Source: Squalus acanthias (taxonomy: Eukaryota). Taken from it: DNA of 64,000 bases. Shown in pieces: positions 49,740 through 61,599 of this stretch. A program made the position numbers and the translations under genes. How positions within the stretch are numbered: the first letter of the stretch is position 1; each line of letters opens with the position of its first letter. The notes under the pieces are model-generated. The model was not told the DNA's origin and searched no databases. It was given only the letters and a program-made list of their open reading frames with translations. Where the stretch lies: NCBI GenBank assembly GCA_030390025.1, contig CM059432.1, forward strand, positions 112,284,001-112,348,000. The letters run 5' to 3'.

Positions 49740-49985
49740 GATTAAAGATATTCCTGGAGATTTCATCACATGATCTCCCTCTTCCAACTGCCCCACCCAG
49801 TCAAACAGCCTTTTCCCTCATCTACAATATTTTTATAACCAATAAGTGTTCAAATTTTTTTTTTAAAACACAATTTTTTTAATACCTCTATGATTTTTCT
49901 CCTGGGCTACTCGTAGCAGTGTCCAGGAGATTAATCTTCAATTCCTGGAGACGCCAGGACAATCTTGGAGGGTTCACAATCCCAG
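49740..49985. mobile_element. Decayed DNA-transposon remnant related to 4610-4963
   Basis: Shared internal blocks and a degenerate right end GGAGGGTTCACAATCCCA. Confidence 0.5.
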
Positions 49986-50811
49986 GTTAGACAGAAACAA
50001 GTTTACCTACCAATCACGGGATTGGTAACTTATCCAGCTTAGGAAGAACAGCATTTTGATTTTCAGGATTGTGATTGCGATCTCAAATATTTTCACATGT
50101 GACGATAATTAGATAACATCAATAGCTGGTAGAGTTTAGTGTTGTGTATTGTACTCCTGTCTTGGTGGGTTGGTTTCAATTAGCATGTAACACCTCTAAA
50201 ATAGCTTGATGGTTTACAAGTGATCGTGACCTCTATTTTGCACAACTCGTTTCTCCTACTCAAGGATTCACAAGGTAGCATCAGAAATCGATGTAAACAG
50301 TTCACAAATTAGGGGATATTAATCTCCAGTACCTGTAGATTGAATGATATTACCTTTTAGTATGTAAGCTTGCTTAATTTTAAACTTGAAACCCTATAAT
50401 GGAATGTGACTTGTTACAATTTTAAACCTATGCCAACTTTACAAGACCAGCACCTCAACTGTGCTCAAATCCAATGGATCAATTTACAAAATGAAAAAAT
50501 ACATTTATAACAATCATTTATGATACAAATGATGTTCCCTATAATGTAGGAGTAACATTATGATTGCAGTTGCTGATTATTATAATTGTGATTTTTTTGA
50601 ATTGTACACCATTTTTCCTGGTGTGCTGTTCCAAATGTCCTTTGGTGGAACTGAAAGAACTCTATTGTTTTACTGAAGATACAGTCTTAAGGGCATTTCA
50701 AATTATTATTTTCTTAGTGGCATGAAATTTTAATTTTCTAAAAGGAAAGTTGAAAACAGGAAACAGAAAATAAAACACATTCTGAAATTTAATAAATGGT
50801 TTAATTTTGGG

Positions 50812-51293
50812 TACAGAAGGGATTTACTAGAATGGTCCCAGGGATGCGGGATTACAGTTACATGGATAGACTGGAGAAGCTGGGGTTGTTCTCCTTAGAG
50901 CAGAGAAGGCTAAGAGGAGATTTGATAGAGGTGTTTAAAATCATGAAGGGTTTAGATAGAGTAAATAAAGAGAAACTGTTTCCAATGGCTGAAGGGTTGA
51001 TAACCAGAGGACACAGATTTAAGGTGATTGGCAAAAGAACCAGAGGCGACATGAGGGAAAACTTTTTTACGCAACGAATGGTTAGGGTCTGGAATGCGCT
51101 GCCTGATAGGGCGGTGGATACAGATTCAATAGTAGCCTTCAAAAGGGAATTGGATAAATACTTGAAGGAGAAAAAATGTAGGGATATGGGGAAAGAGCGG
51201 GGGAAGTGGGACTGACTGGATTGCTCTTTGAAAGAGCCGGCGCAGACTCGATGGGCCGAATGGCCGCCTTCTGTGCTGTACTATTCTATGATT
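50812..51293 (+). mobile_element. CR1 3' fragment
   Basis: ORF 50832..51215 (RLEKLGLFSLEQRRLRGDLIE) and tail ATTCTATGATT. Confidence 0.92.
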
Positions 51294-54205
51294 TTCCCAG
51301 ATCCTCATATAAATGTATGCAGAGGATTGGGGAGAAAATATGAAGCAGGTGATACTAAAACATATCACTGATTTCTACATGCCTAATAGAAGAAACACAG
51401 ATTTAAAGGGTTTCAAACCACAGCTTTCTGCTCTAATGAAAGATTTCTAGCTTCTGGAGAGTCAAGGCCACACGGATTGAACACTTTACATGTGCTTTAA
51501 TTAGTGATGTCATATTTAGTTTCATGAATGCCAATGTCTTTGGATTCACTTGAGATTGACCAACACATATGTCTTTGTACAAATTATGTAAATGTTCAGT
51601 TTCTTCCCTGAAGATCTACGGTGTGCTTGGAATGATGGTGTTTTAGAAGCTCAAATACTTACAGCACTCCAAACTTTATATACTTATTTTGTTTGGTGGT
51701 GGTACCTTCAGCTCTGTGTCCACTGGGAGGTGGTGTTCAGTTCCATTTAAGCTGATCCAAATTGAACTGGCATCGCCTAGCATTTATACTCTACCCAAAC
51801 CCCAATTATTGGACAAGATCAATTGCCCAATGCATGCAAGATGGTTTTGTCAGGGCAGATCTAGACCAAGGATCCAAATCAGACCATAAGCAGGCAGCTA
51901 TTGATGTTTACATTTTACTAAGATCAAAGTGAACAATTCCTGAACCTTCATGTTGGCAGTTTTTCTGTGAATCAGCTGTAATTGTACAAATAAATCTGAA
52001 TTTATAGCTGGGATGCTAACGGGAGTTTAGTGTGAATTTGTTCTTTTCTGTGGAAAGCTGGAAGTAGTGTAATTGGTAACTGAACCATCCCTCCAACAGT
52101 TTCTCCTGACTGCAATCCCTGTAAACAGATTTCTGTCAGTGAAAGGGTTAAAGGCAATGTAGTACATAGTTGTGAAAAAAGTTTTGGCACATTCATTTAT
52201 GCATTATTTTGAAGAGGCTGTCTAGGCTTTGCTGCATCTGAACCCTAGTTTTAAAATGAGAGTTGGGCCATTGCCACTCCCTCTCTCATCCCATAAATAG
52301 TTTGATAAATGAGAAAACTGAAGCCGTCATAATTGTTAAGAGAGCATTAACCACTTGCAAAAAGTGCTTTCCCCCTACTCACAGAGAGAGCATCTCAGGC
52401 AAACAGATGCATATTTCACATCAAGTTCTTTAAGCTTCTGAGGCATGGCTACAACTGGGTCAAATGATAAGATGAGCACAACTGAAAAACGGAGACCAGC
52501 TTTGATAAAAACTGATTGATTGATGTCTGGCTTGCTACCATCAGAAGCAGTTGTCAGTTAGTTTGGGATCAGATGATTTGGCTTCTGTGATAGAGTGGGG
52601 CCTGGTAGGCAAACCTGAAGGACAAAAAGGTCACTATCTGCTCAGTGTCAGGCAGCACTGGGCTGGCACTGCTTGGGTTTTCAGTTCTTTTTTTCCCCTA
52701 ACGCCCTCCCTTTTCATGGTCAAGTACAAGAAGCAGCTGCCAGGAGTAAAAGGGGGTCTTGAGAAGACGGTCACGTGTTACAATCTTTGGGATAGCAGGA
52801 TAATCAAAGGCTGTGCTATTTCTATCTGTGCTTGTTATGCAGCCTCCCCTCTTTCTCCATCCTCAGAATTTGCCATTTGGGAGGTCAGAGCATCAAAGAT
52901 TGATTGAATAAAGTTCCAAACGTAGGGTGAGCTCAGTGGGTGAAGAATTAATGAAGTTATTGTCATTCTGTAATGTTAAGTCACTCACAGACCCGCCGAT
53001 AAGAACTAGGTTACATTAGTCAGAACTGTAGGTGTAACTCTGAGGCTGCCAACTCATATCTGTTTTTTGCTCATTATCTTTTTTTTCTTTTTTATATAAA
53101 AACGAGCTGGATTTTTTCCAGCAGCTTTTTTGATATCCATTTAGATTGTGCCTTCATTAAAAAAACTGACAATGAAGTGACTTCAATTAAGAAATATGTG
53201 CCTGGCCTCTGGCATCACATCCTGTTGTTCTGTCTGTGCTGAGGAGAATTCATTTGTTTCTTAATTAAGAAAAACACCAATAGCGTAAAAAATCTGCTTA
53301 TGGTACCTGAATCATAATTAGTTAAAAAAATGTAGAAACATTCCGATAGCTGCCGAAGTGAACCCTTGCAGATAAAAATGAACTAACTACCCTTGCATTA
53401 ATCGATACTGAAAAAAAAGTGTGCTGTCATTATGGTTAAGACAATATGCAAACTATCTCCAAAGAAATCAAATTGCTGGAATGTTTTCATTTGCATGTAT
53501 TAACCATTAACATAATGAGGAGAAGTGACACTGGACCTGGATTGTGTGTCTGTTCGGATTGATAACTCCCTGCATCTGCAAATAGTCTAAGAAAATTATG
53601 CTACCAGTCAAATCAGCATTGAACTGTGGAGCGTCTTTTTATCTGGAGCCCTGAACAAACCTGCTGCTGCCTGAATGCAAGCCATCATTCTCTGACAGCT
53701 ATCCCTAAGCAGGTTGCCTCTGAGTCATTGTTTTAAGTGGCAAGGAAAATGACGATAACTTGGTTACAGCAGAAATCTAAGAAAAAGTAGGTTCCTACGA
53801 AAAAAAATGTAGAAAAGGAAATAAAGTGAGTTTGTTTTCCTTTAAGAGCTGTAAGTCTTTTGAAAAAAATTTTTTTGGGTACGGGACAAGAGGTTTAAGC
53901 AATGATTCTGTTCATTGTCATAGTTTGGCATATAGAATACCAATGATTTGAGGGAATGCAGTGAAGTAGGGAGTAATTTATGCTAGTGGTTGTTAACAAA
54001 AGTAATTTTAACCAGGGCACATGTTGTAACAAACACCAACAATAGTGGTTTATAACCATAAAATGGGATTACTGCCTTGAAATCACTACAGGATATATAT
54101 ATAAATAAAATATATAATTCAGTGATTTCACAGCAGTAATATATATTATATATATAATTTTATGGGTGGTTGTATCCATTTGTAGGTCAATTTTTATGCT
54201 AGCAG

Positions 54206-54278
54206 TTACATGTTAATGACAGCAAATGCATTTAATCATGGAATATCAGTAAGTGCATTTGTTGTCATTAATATGTAA
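54206..54278 (+). ncRNA. Hairpin with 29-bp stem and 15-nt loop; candidate pre-miRNA or palindromic repeat remnant
   Basis: Arms 54206-54234 and 54250-54278 pair fully with three G-U pairs on the plus strand. The structure is clear; the function is not. Confidence 0.35.
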
Positions 54279-56299
54279 TAACATTCACAATGCAGGATTA
54301 ACACGTCGCTGCAAGTTTGACAAGAAATAATTTCTGGTTAATTATGTACAAATTCTGTGTGCAGTTTCTATGATCTAATAGTAAAGTAGGCTAAGCACTT
54401 CTGCTTGCTTCAAATCCTCTCCTTACAAATGCATTTGTTACAGTCCTTAGATGGGTTTTTATTAAAAGAGTAACTGAAGTTACTGTATTCATGGCAAGGT
54501 GCATTTCTTGGATCATGAAGTTAATAGACGCACAACTTCCTGTGGTGGTTTATTATACTTGTACCACAGATGAACACAGCCACCCAACCAACCAGTCTGT
54601 CAGCTGCTTTCTTTGATATGTAACAAAGGTACTTTGGTGTCAAATCAACCGCCACCTGAATCATGACGCCAAAAAGCATCTAAATTTTTCCAGAATTTAA
54701 ACCTTTTCATTTTTAAACAAGTTAATGTGCCAGTATTTTTGTGTGTGGTATAAATAGAATATCTTGTAGGCATCATGAGATAATGAAGGTTATCCCACAA
54801 GTGAAGATTTTTATCAGTGCTTGTGAGTTATGAGATCTTCCTCAGATGTGGGATAAGCTATTCCCACAGTTCTTACAGAAGATGATGAAAAGAAGGTTCA
54901 GATATGAACCTACTCCTATGTTTACAGTACACTGTTATGAAAATTAACAAATTCTAATCTTGTTTTCCTTATGGTCATGGTGCAGTAATTCTCATGCAGC
55001 CTTCTTCACTTGGTTGATTGCATTTATTGAAAACACCAAGTTTGGGCTGTTAATAAGTTATGTATATAGTTAAATTTGTCATTAAATGACAAAATTATGG
55101 CAACTTATCAATTGGACAGCAAATGAAAAATACCATTGTAAAACTCCAGATGGTCACGGGTCTGAGTCGTGCCGAGCACAACAGTAATAAAATAAGAACA
55201 CAATTCAGGCCTGCTGCTTCCAACAGACCATGGGGAAAGGTGTCCTCTGTTCACTATTTGTAATAGATTCACAAATATTCTCTTTATATGTTTCATTACA
55301 AATAGCTCACTAAGAAATCTTCCATTCATGTGTAGTTTTCTCTGTCGGGATTCTCTTTTTATTTTACTTCATTTCCTGGTGGAATGACTCTAGGTGGAAG
55401 AAGAGAAAACTAATTTCTCCATAACTCTTAAAGATAATTAAGTGAAAACTGATCATCCAGTGTCTCCTCCACGCCATCTACTATATCTGCTAAGTCCTTA
55501 GAGAATGGGAAAGCATCAAGGGCAGTAGGAACAAAATGTTTCTTTTAAAGTTTTATTTCCCATTGTACCTTCTGGACTCTGTGTGCATGGAATTTCTGCT
55601 GTTGTTACAGCTATTAGGCCTTTGCTGTGCTGTTTTTGTTTTAAATATAACTGCTGCAATACAATGGAATCCAGCCAGTGTGGACAAAAAGTTTGCTGAT
55701 TGATAACCTGACTTACATACAAATGCTATTCTAGTAAACCCAGCCAGGAGAAAATTGGGTTTTAGTAACAGTTTGCTTAGACCAGCAGCATACTTATACC
55801 GGAACTGCAAACACTGGTACGATGTGTGAATTTCATACACAGATTGCACTGCACAAGAGCTAGCTAATCATGAGCTAGCTTTCTGGAATTGAAATTAACC
55901 CAAAATACCTCAGAATGGCAACTGTGCGTGAAAAGTCACAAGATAAGAGAAAGGAGTGTGGTGTGATCTAGTGCAGCTGACTTGTTTGAAGTTCAAGCTT
56001 ATTGATAAAGGTAGTGATAAGAAAATCCTAAATGCTGGAAATCTGAAATAAAAATAGAAAATTCTGGAACTATACAGGTCAGTCAGCATCGAACAGAAAA
56101 AGGTGAGTTAATGTTTTGGTGAGAACCTTCATTTCTGATAAAGGAACTCTGGTTGAAAATTGGTTTGATGGAAGATTTATTTTTAATTATATGGTTAAGT
56201 TTGCATTCTAGGTTACAGCATTAGTAAAGATTTTCAGTGTAAAATTATTCTTATTACGGGTAAACTTTCTCTGGTCACTATGCATTGCAAATCTTTTTT

Positions 56300-57245
56300 T
56301 AATCATTCCTTGGGATGTGGACATCACTGGCAAGGTCGGCATTTATTGCCATCTCGAGTTGCCCTTGAGAAGGTGGTGGTAGGCCTTCTTGAACTACTGC
56401 AGTCCATGTGGTAACGATACTCCCACAATGGTATGAGATAGGGAGTTCCAGGATTTTGACCCAACAACAATAAAGAAACAGGGATATATGTCCAAGTTGG
56501 AATGCTGTATGACTTGGAGGAGAATTTGGAGATGATGACGTTCCCATGCACCTGCTCCCCTTGTCCTTCGAGGTGGTATAGGTCGTGGATTTAGGAGGTA
56601 CTGTCGAATAAGCCATGGTGACTTGCTGTCTGCATCCTGTAGAAAGTACACACTGCAACCACGGTACGCTGTTGGTGGTCGGGGTGGATCTTTAAGCTTG
56701 TGGATGGGCTGCCGATCAAGCAGACTGCATTTTTCTGGATGGTATCGAGCTTCTTGAGTGTTGCACCCATCCAGGCAACTGGAGAGTATTCCATCATACT
56801 CCTGCCTTATAGGCAGTGTAGAGGCTTTGGGGAGTTGGGAGGTGAGCCATGCGCTGCAGAATACCCAGCATCTGACCTGCTCTAGTAACTACGGCATTTA
56901 TGTGGCTATTTCAGTATAGTTTCTGGTCAATGGTGACCCTCAGGATGTTCGTGGTGGGGGATTCGGTGATGGTAATGGCATCGAATGTCAAGGGGAGGTG
57001 GTTAAGCTCTCTCTTGTTGGAGATGGTCATTGCCTAGTACTTGTGTGGTGCAAATGTTACTCGCCACTTTTTAGCCCAAGCCTGGATGCTGTCCAGCTCT
57101 TGCTGCATGTGGGCATGGACTGCTTCCTTATCTGAGGAATTGTGAATATGAGCTGAACACTGTGCAATCATTAACGAACAGCCCCATTTCTGACCCTGTG
57201 ATGGAGGGAAGTTTATTGATGAATCAGCTGAAAATAGTTGGGTCT
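56300..57245 (-). mobile_element. 3' fragment of the second LINE lineage
   Basis: MEYSPVAWMGATLKKLDTIQKNAVCLIG and FIVVGSKSWNSL. Homologous to 5488-5772. Confidence 0.75.
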
Positions 57246-57524
57246 ATCCTAAATAATTTGTGAAGATTTTTGCTGTACACTAGCATTAGATAATCAAAAC
57301 ATTTTGTCCAGATACTCATTATGTAATTGAGCCCAAATTTTCCTTATTGAAACTGAGAATATATGCTGCAAATGTGTAAAATGTTATGGCAGTTATGCAG
57401 CAGTGGAGGACAGCACATGTGACACTGTTCGTTTGACCATGACTGCAGAATCACTGGCCAGTTATCACTAGTATAGGCTGTATAAACATATCCACTGTGT
57501 CATTTATTCAGTTTTTGTGTAATT

Positions 57525-57890
57525 GATGCGTGGGTGCTGAAATGGTTGAACACTTGACTTCCAACCAGAAAGTCATAAGTCCCAGGACTGTTGTAAGTCG
57601 CTTGTATCGGTTGAGTGAGTTTTCTCTATTAGGCCACAGCACAGAACTTACCATAAATCAGCACTAATTGGCTAATCTCAGAGATGTAGTATATGATGTG
57701 AGGAATGACCAGTGTCACAATGCTCAGGTGTTCTTCTGAGGTTGGTGTTGGAGCATGTAAGGGAAGGTTTAAGCTGCAACTAACCCATGCTTTACTTGAC
57801 CTGGGAATGCTTGATACTGTCATTGTTGCAGAGAGAACGCAGTGTTCCATTCCCTAGCACTGTCATCCCTCACCTTGATAAGTACAAAAA
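57525..57890 (+). mobile_element. Possible old, diverged SINE
   Basis: Degenerate tRNA-like head, GC-richer body and A-rich end. Resemblance only. Confidence 0.35.
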
Positions 57891-58833
57891 TTAGCCAAAA
57901 ATCTATCCAAATGCTGGAAGCCATCTGTGGCCATATTCAGGAATTAGTTGTTCTGAAAATAGGAAAGGATTCACATGAATAAAGGAACAACATATTCCTT
58001 TTTTGGAATGGTTTATTGAGATGCGTGTGTGTGCGCACATGGGGTTGGGGGAGGGTATATTGAACTTAATACTTCTGTCAGCTGCAAATCGAAACTTAAA
58101 TTTTGTAAAGGGAGGTTCTTGATGTAACTTCTGTACTTTTGGTAATGTTAAAAATTAAAACAAAATATACTGTTCTTTCCCAGTTAACTGAACTGTAAAA
58201 CAATCCCAGACATAAAATGACTTTGACTAAGACTAAGTGGAATTTTCCAAATCTAAACACTAATGCAAACCTGAATGAACCTGGGTGGCCTAGCAATAGC
58301 CCTGTTGTCTGAAAATATTATATTCAAAACTATGATCACCTGTCTGAGATTTCTTTATTCTCCATTGTATTGCTAGCTGCACTGTTAGAAATGTGTTGGT
58401 CATTAGCACTCACTGCTAAGTATTTAAACAAACAGCCATATAAAAATAACATTATTCAGAGCTGCCATTTAGGAGCTTCCAAAATATGACGATAAATTAC
58501 TACACTATGAAAAATCATGGGGGGCTAAATTCGATAGCCCCCAAAAAGGGGCGCGGTGATCGCGATGCTCGAGTAACCCACGCCCGTTGATTGCAATGCA
58601 GGCAGCGCGCCTACTTCGTGCTGCCTGCTCATGTCCATGATTTCAGCATGCAGCCACTGTTCATTGGCTGCACGCATTAGCAGGGGGCCCAAATCGTTAC
58701 TTGCTAGCACCAGTTAAAGCTAGCCTGTACTGCTTAAAGCTAGCCTGCACCTCTTAAAGGGGAGGTACATTGTGGCTGGAGCAGGTGTTGGCAGTCGTTC
58801 AGGAAGTGAATCTGACCTGGGAAACAGTGAAGA

Positions 58834-60558
58834 ATGGCACAACATGGGAGAGAGAAGGCTCCAAGGTTTTCAGATGTTGCACTGAGGCTTTGGTGGAGGA
58901 GGTGGAAAGGAGGAGAGATGTCCTGTATCTGCAGGGGGCCAGGAGGCTCTCCAGAAGGCAGTGGAAGCAGATAGCCATGGAGATTAATGCCAGGAGTGAA
59001 GCCACGAGGACCTGGATGCAATGCCGCAAGAAGTTCAATGACCTCACACGAGTGGTCAAGGTCAGTGAATTCATCTTCAAATGCCATATCCCACCAATTG
59101 CACCACTAGCCTCAGCCACTGCTCAAATCACCACACCCCCATCACTCACCTACCAACAATCTCAATCAATCATGACTCATACCCCACATTAATTGCTTCA
59201 CCTCACCCTTACGCACTTAGCACTGCTGCAAGCCTCACACCCACATCTCACAGCTTGCACACACTGCCAGCTATTCAACCATGACAGCCACATCAGCCAA
59301 ACAGATTGCACCACACTCACAGACACACTTCCCTCTCTCTTGCAGGACAAGGTGGCGCACAACCAGAGGCAGCAGGAGCTAACCGGAGGGGGACAGGCCG
59401 CCTGAATGTCCTAACCCGCATGGAGGAGACGGTACTGGACATTATTGGAACGGCCATTGCTGAGGACGTGGCCAGCGGTCGGGCTGAAACCATGGAAGAG
59501 GATGGTATCCTGATACCTAATCCTCCTTCTCACATCCCACTTTCCCCTCTTCCCACAATCTCTTCTGATTTACAAGCTGCAGATGGTGTAACCATGCGCC
59601 TCTTACTTTTCCCCCCTCCCCTTACCACAGCCTTACCTTGTGCCTTTCTCCTTTCAGATACCCAAGAACTGCAACTTGCCTAGGCAGTGGTGGAAGAGCA
59701 AGACAACAGTGATGATGAAGACACAGCATCACTCGATTAACATTCGCAGCCACCAGTTCAGATACTGACACTGTGCGTAATTTATAGGCTAGCATAGAGG
59801 CGGGATCTGTATGTGGTGAGACACCGGGCACGAGTGGCCTGCAGCTAAAGCGGGGGCAAGGATAGCTCAGGTGCCAGCTTGCCGGAGGGCAAGTTTGCAC
59901 ACGAGTTTGCTGCAGAGGACTCAAATGAGGACTTTAATGGGGCAGGCTACAAAAGAAGGCACAAAAGGGTAGGCACAATAAAATGCTTGGTGCATTGTGA
60001 CTCCTGCTGGAAAGTCTGTGTGCAATATCAAGGAGCCTGGAGGAGTCCAGCACCAACTTAGCACAGGGCTTTGTGCAGAACTTGGAGCCCATCCTTTCCA
60101 GCATGGAAGTGGTGGCCAACTCCATTAGCACACTTGTGGACCCACCCATGATGCACCATCTGATGGCTGATGTCTCAACTTCCATTGCAGCACAAGCAGA
60201 AGCCACCCAACGTCTGAGTGCTGCAGTGGAAGCTCAGATTGCTGCCATGCAAGCTCAGACTGCTGCCATCATGGCTCTGGATACCAATGTGCAAAGGAAT
60301 TTCTAGGGCATCACAGCAGTCCAGCAATCTGTCCTACAACCATGCTGCCCATGACGAGATGGACAGTCTGCAGCCAGGCCTTCTAGGCCCAGAGCTGCTC
60401 GAGGTCGCCTTCCAAGGCCATCTGCAGTCTCCTCCACTGAAAGTAAGCAGCCTTCCTCCAGCCATGCTGCAGCCACTGGGGTAGCACTGTGTAGGAGCAC
60501 TAGGACAGGCAAAGGCACACGGAAGACAAGCACTAAGGGAATGCACAGGGGTGATTAG
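58834..60558 (+). pseudogene. H4 Myb/SANT-like gene, 3 exons (58834-59060, 59346-59504, 59658-60558)
   Basis: KAPRFSD..EALVEEVERRRDVLY...RTWMQCRKKFNDL and DKVAHNQRQQELTGGG. Several frameshifts and stops. Confidence 0.83.
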
Positions 60559-60716
60559 TTGACATTTGTATGCAATATGGCATGATTTGATTTATAAATT
60601 TGGTTTGGAATGTTTATTTTGTGGAGGCTTTTATTTTAGCATTTACGTTGTGATGGTCAGTGACAGAGGGAAGGTAAGGTGTGGGACTGTTGGTGAATGT
60701 TGAATTGGTGATATGG

Positions 60717-61226
60717 TTACTGGTATCGCACTCAGATCAGTTCTTCACGCACAGCCCAGGCAGAAAGGGGCTGTCTAGGTTGCTTCCTCTCTTCCTCCTC
60801 CTGCTCCTCAGCTGTTGGCCGTATGGGTGGTGGCAAGGGCTGTGCCCTCATTATGGCAAGGTTGTGCAGCATGCAGCAGACTACCACGAATCTTGACACC
60901 CGCTCTGCCGAGTACTGCAGGGCTCCTCCAGAACGGTCCAGGCAGTGGAAGCATTGCTTCAGCATGCCAATGGTCTGCTCGATGACATTTCATGTGGCAG
61001 CATGGCTTTATTTGTATGCATGCTGAGTACGTGTGTGTGGGTTGCGCACCAGAGTCATGAGCCATGTCGCCCAGTAGCCACCGTTTTGGTTTGCTGTAGT
61101 GGCTGCAATGCAGCTAGCACAGCGGACTGCCACAGAATGAAGGCATGACTGCTGCCAGGATACTGGGCATTGACCTGCATGATTCGCTGCCTATGGTCGC
61201 ACACCAGCTGGATGTTGAGGGAGTGG
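60717..61226 (-). pseudogene. H4 transposase C-terminal remnant
   Basis: HSLNIQLVCDH, YPGSSHAFIL, LKQCFHCLDRSGGALQYS, CCMLHNL. Confidence 0.88.
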
Positions 61227-61599
61227 CTAACATGTTTGCCTACAAAACAGTGAGCGTACCTCAAAAATAATTAATTGACGGCAAAGTGTTTTCAGACTGA
61301 GGATGTTAACAGCACTACATAAATGCAAGTTCAATCTTCTTTCTTGGGCTGTTGCCCTCCACAGACAACACCACTAAAACTCCCCAAGCTTCAGGGAACC
61401 ATTGCATCCCATGAGTTATTTGATTATGTAACTCTAGCCTATTCCAGTAACCTCCAGTCCTTTTTCTAGTCATATACTTATTGATGTGTGGAATAGACTC
61501 CTTCCAAAAATAATTGATAATGTGTTAATTAATTCATTTTTGTAATAATTTAATGACAAACTTAATTGCCTTCCATTCAATTCTAACCTAAGTGTAAGC

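Larger units (their letters stand above)
58520..61228 (+). mobile_element. Harbinger H4, truncated on the right
   Basis: Left end GGGGGCTAAATTC, Myb gene (+) and the C-terminal half of a convergent transposase. Confidence 0.88.
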
